A stretch of DNA of 64,000 bases from assembly GCA_013265495.1 (NCBI GenBank), contig MU058584.1:1834616-1898615 (forward strand), given 5' to 3'. Positions 63,626-64,000 of the stretch are shown here, one piece after another; positions within the stretch are counted from its first letter, which is position 1, and every line of letters starts with the position of its first letter. A program made the position numbers and the translations under genes. The DNA is from Vicugna vicugna. Lineage: Eukaryota. Under the pieces are notes generated by a model. The model was given only the letters and a program-made list of their open reading frames with translations, was not told where the DNA came from and searched no databases.

Positions 63626-64000
63626 AAACTTCCACATTTCTTACATACCTAGATTGCCACCATAGCTACTTAGATAATAATATTTAGATTTATGATATTG
63701 GATTTTGGAATCACAGGCAGACAGTCTTAGAATAATATTTTTTAATCTATGTGGAAAAAAAAAGTACAATTCAGGAGATGGATAATAAGGCAACCACAAC
63801 AACCTGGATAAGAATTTCCAGAATCTTGACCCTGACCATCAGACTTCCTCCCATCCTCTCAGTGGTGACTGGCTTCGGACCCTTTAGTAGATGGCTTTTC
63901 TATTTATTCTAGTGATTAAACTGGGGTTTCAGCAAAATTAAGACTAGAAGTCATCTCAGAAATTTGAGCATTACACTCCACTTTGCACTAGTTTGTCATC

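Overview
AT-rich mammalian non-coding DNA, either intergenic or from a large intron. It is most likely camelid (Vicugna/Camelus), because it carries three tRNA-Ala-derived Vic-1-like SINEs and several young artiodactyl-type L1 3' ends. I found no recognisable host protein-coding gene, RNA gene, CRISPR array or intact autonomous element. The long ORFs in the ORF track are explained by a GAAA/GGAA microsatellite, L1 ORF2 remnants, an old ERVL LTR or chance. The window is dominated by transposon fossils: L1 of several ages (including a ~7.5 kb + strand L1 cluster at ~30.2-37.6 kb), L2, MIR, L3/CR1, MLT1, LTR33-like and MER21-like LTRs, and MER58A. The notable observations are (1) a recent ~302 bp, ~98% identical direct duplication at a 962 bp offset, (2) a 428 nt pure-purine tract containing 14 perfect 20-bp higher-order units, (3) a candidate divergent promoter with back-to-back TATAAAAG boxes at the left end, (4) a few well-formed orphan exon candidates, and (5) several repeat-free, motif-dense candidate enhancers. 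I see no convincing evidence of a new biological system. TE family names come from recalled consensus sequences, and boundaries are approximate.
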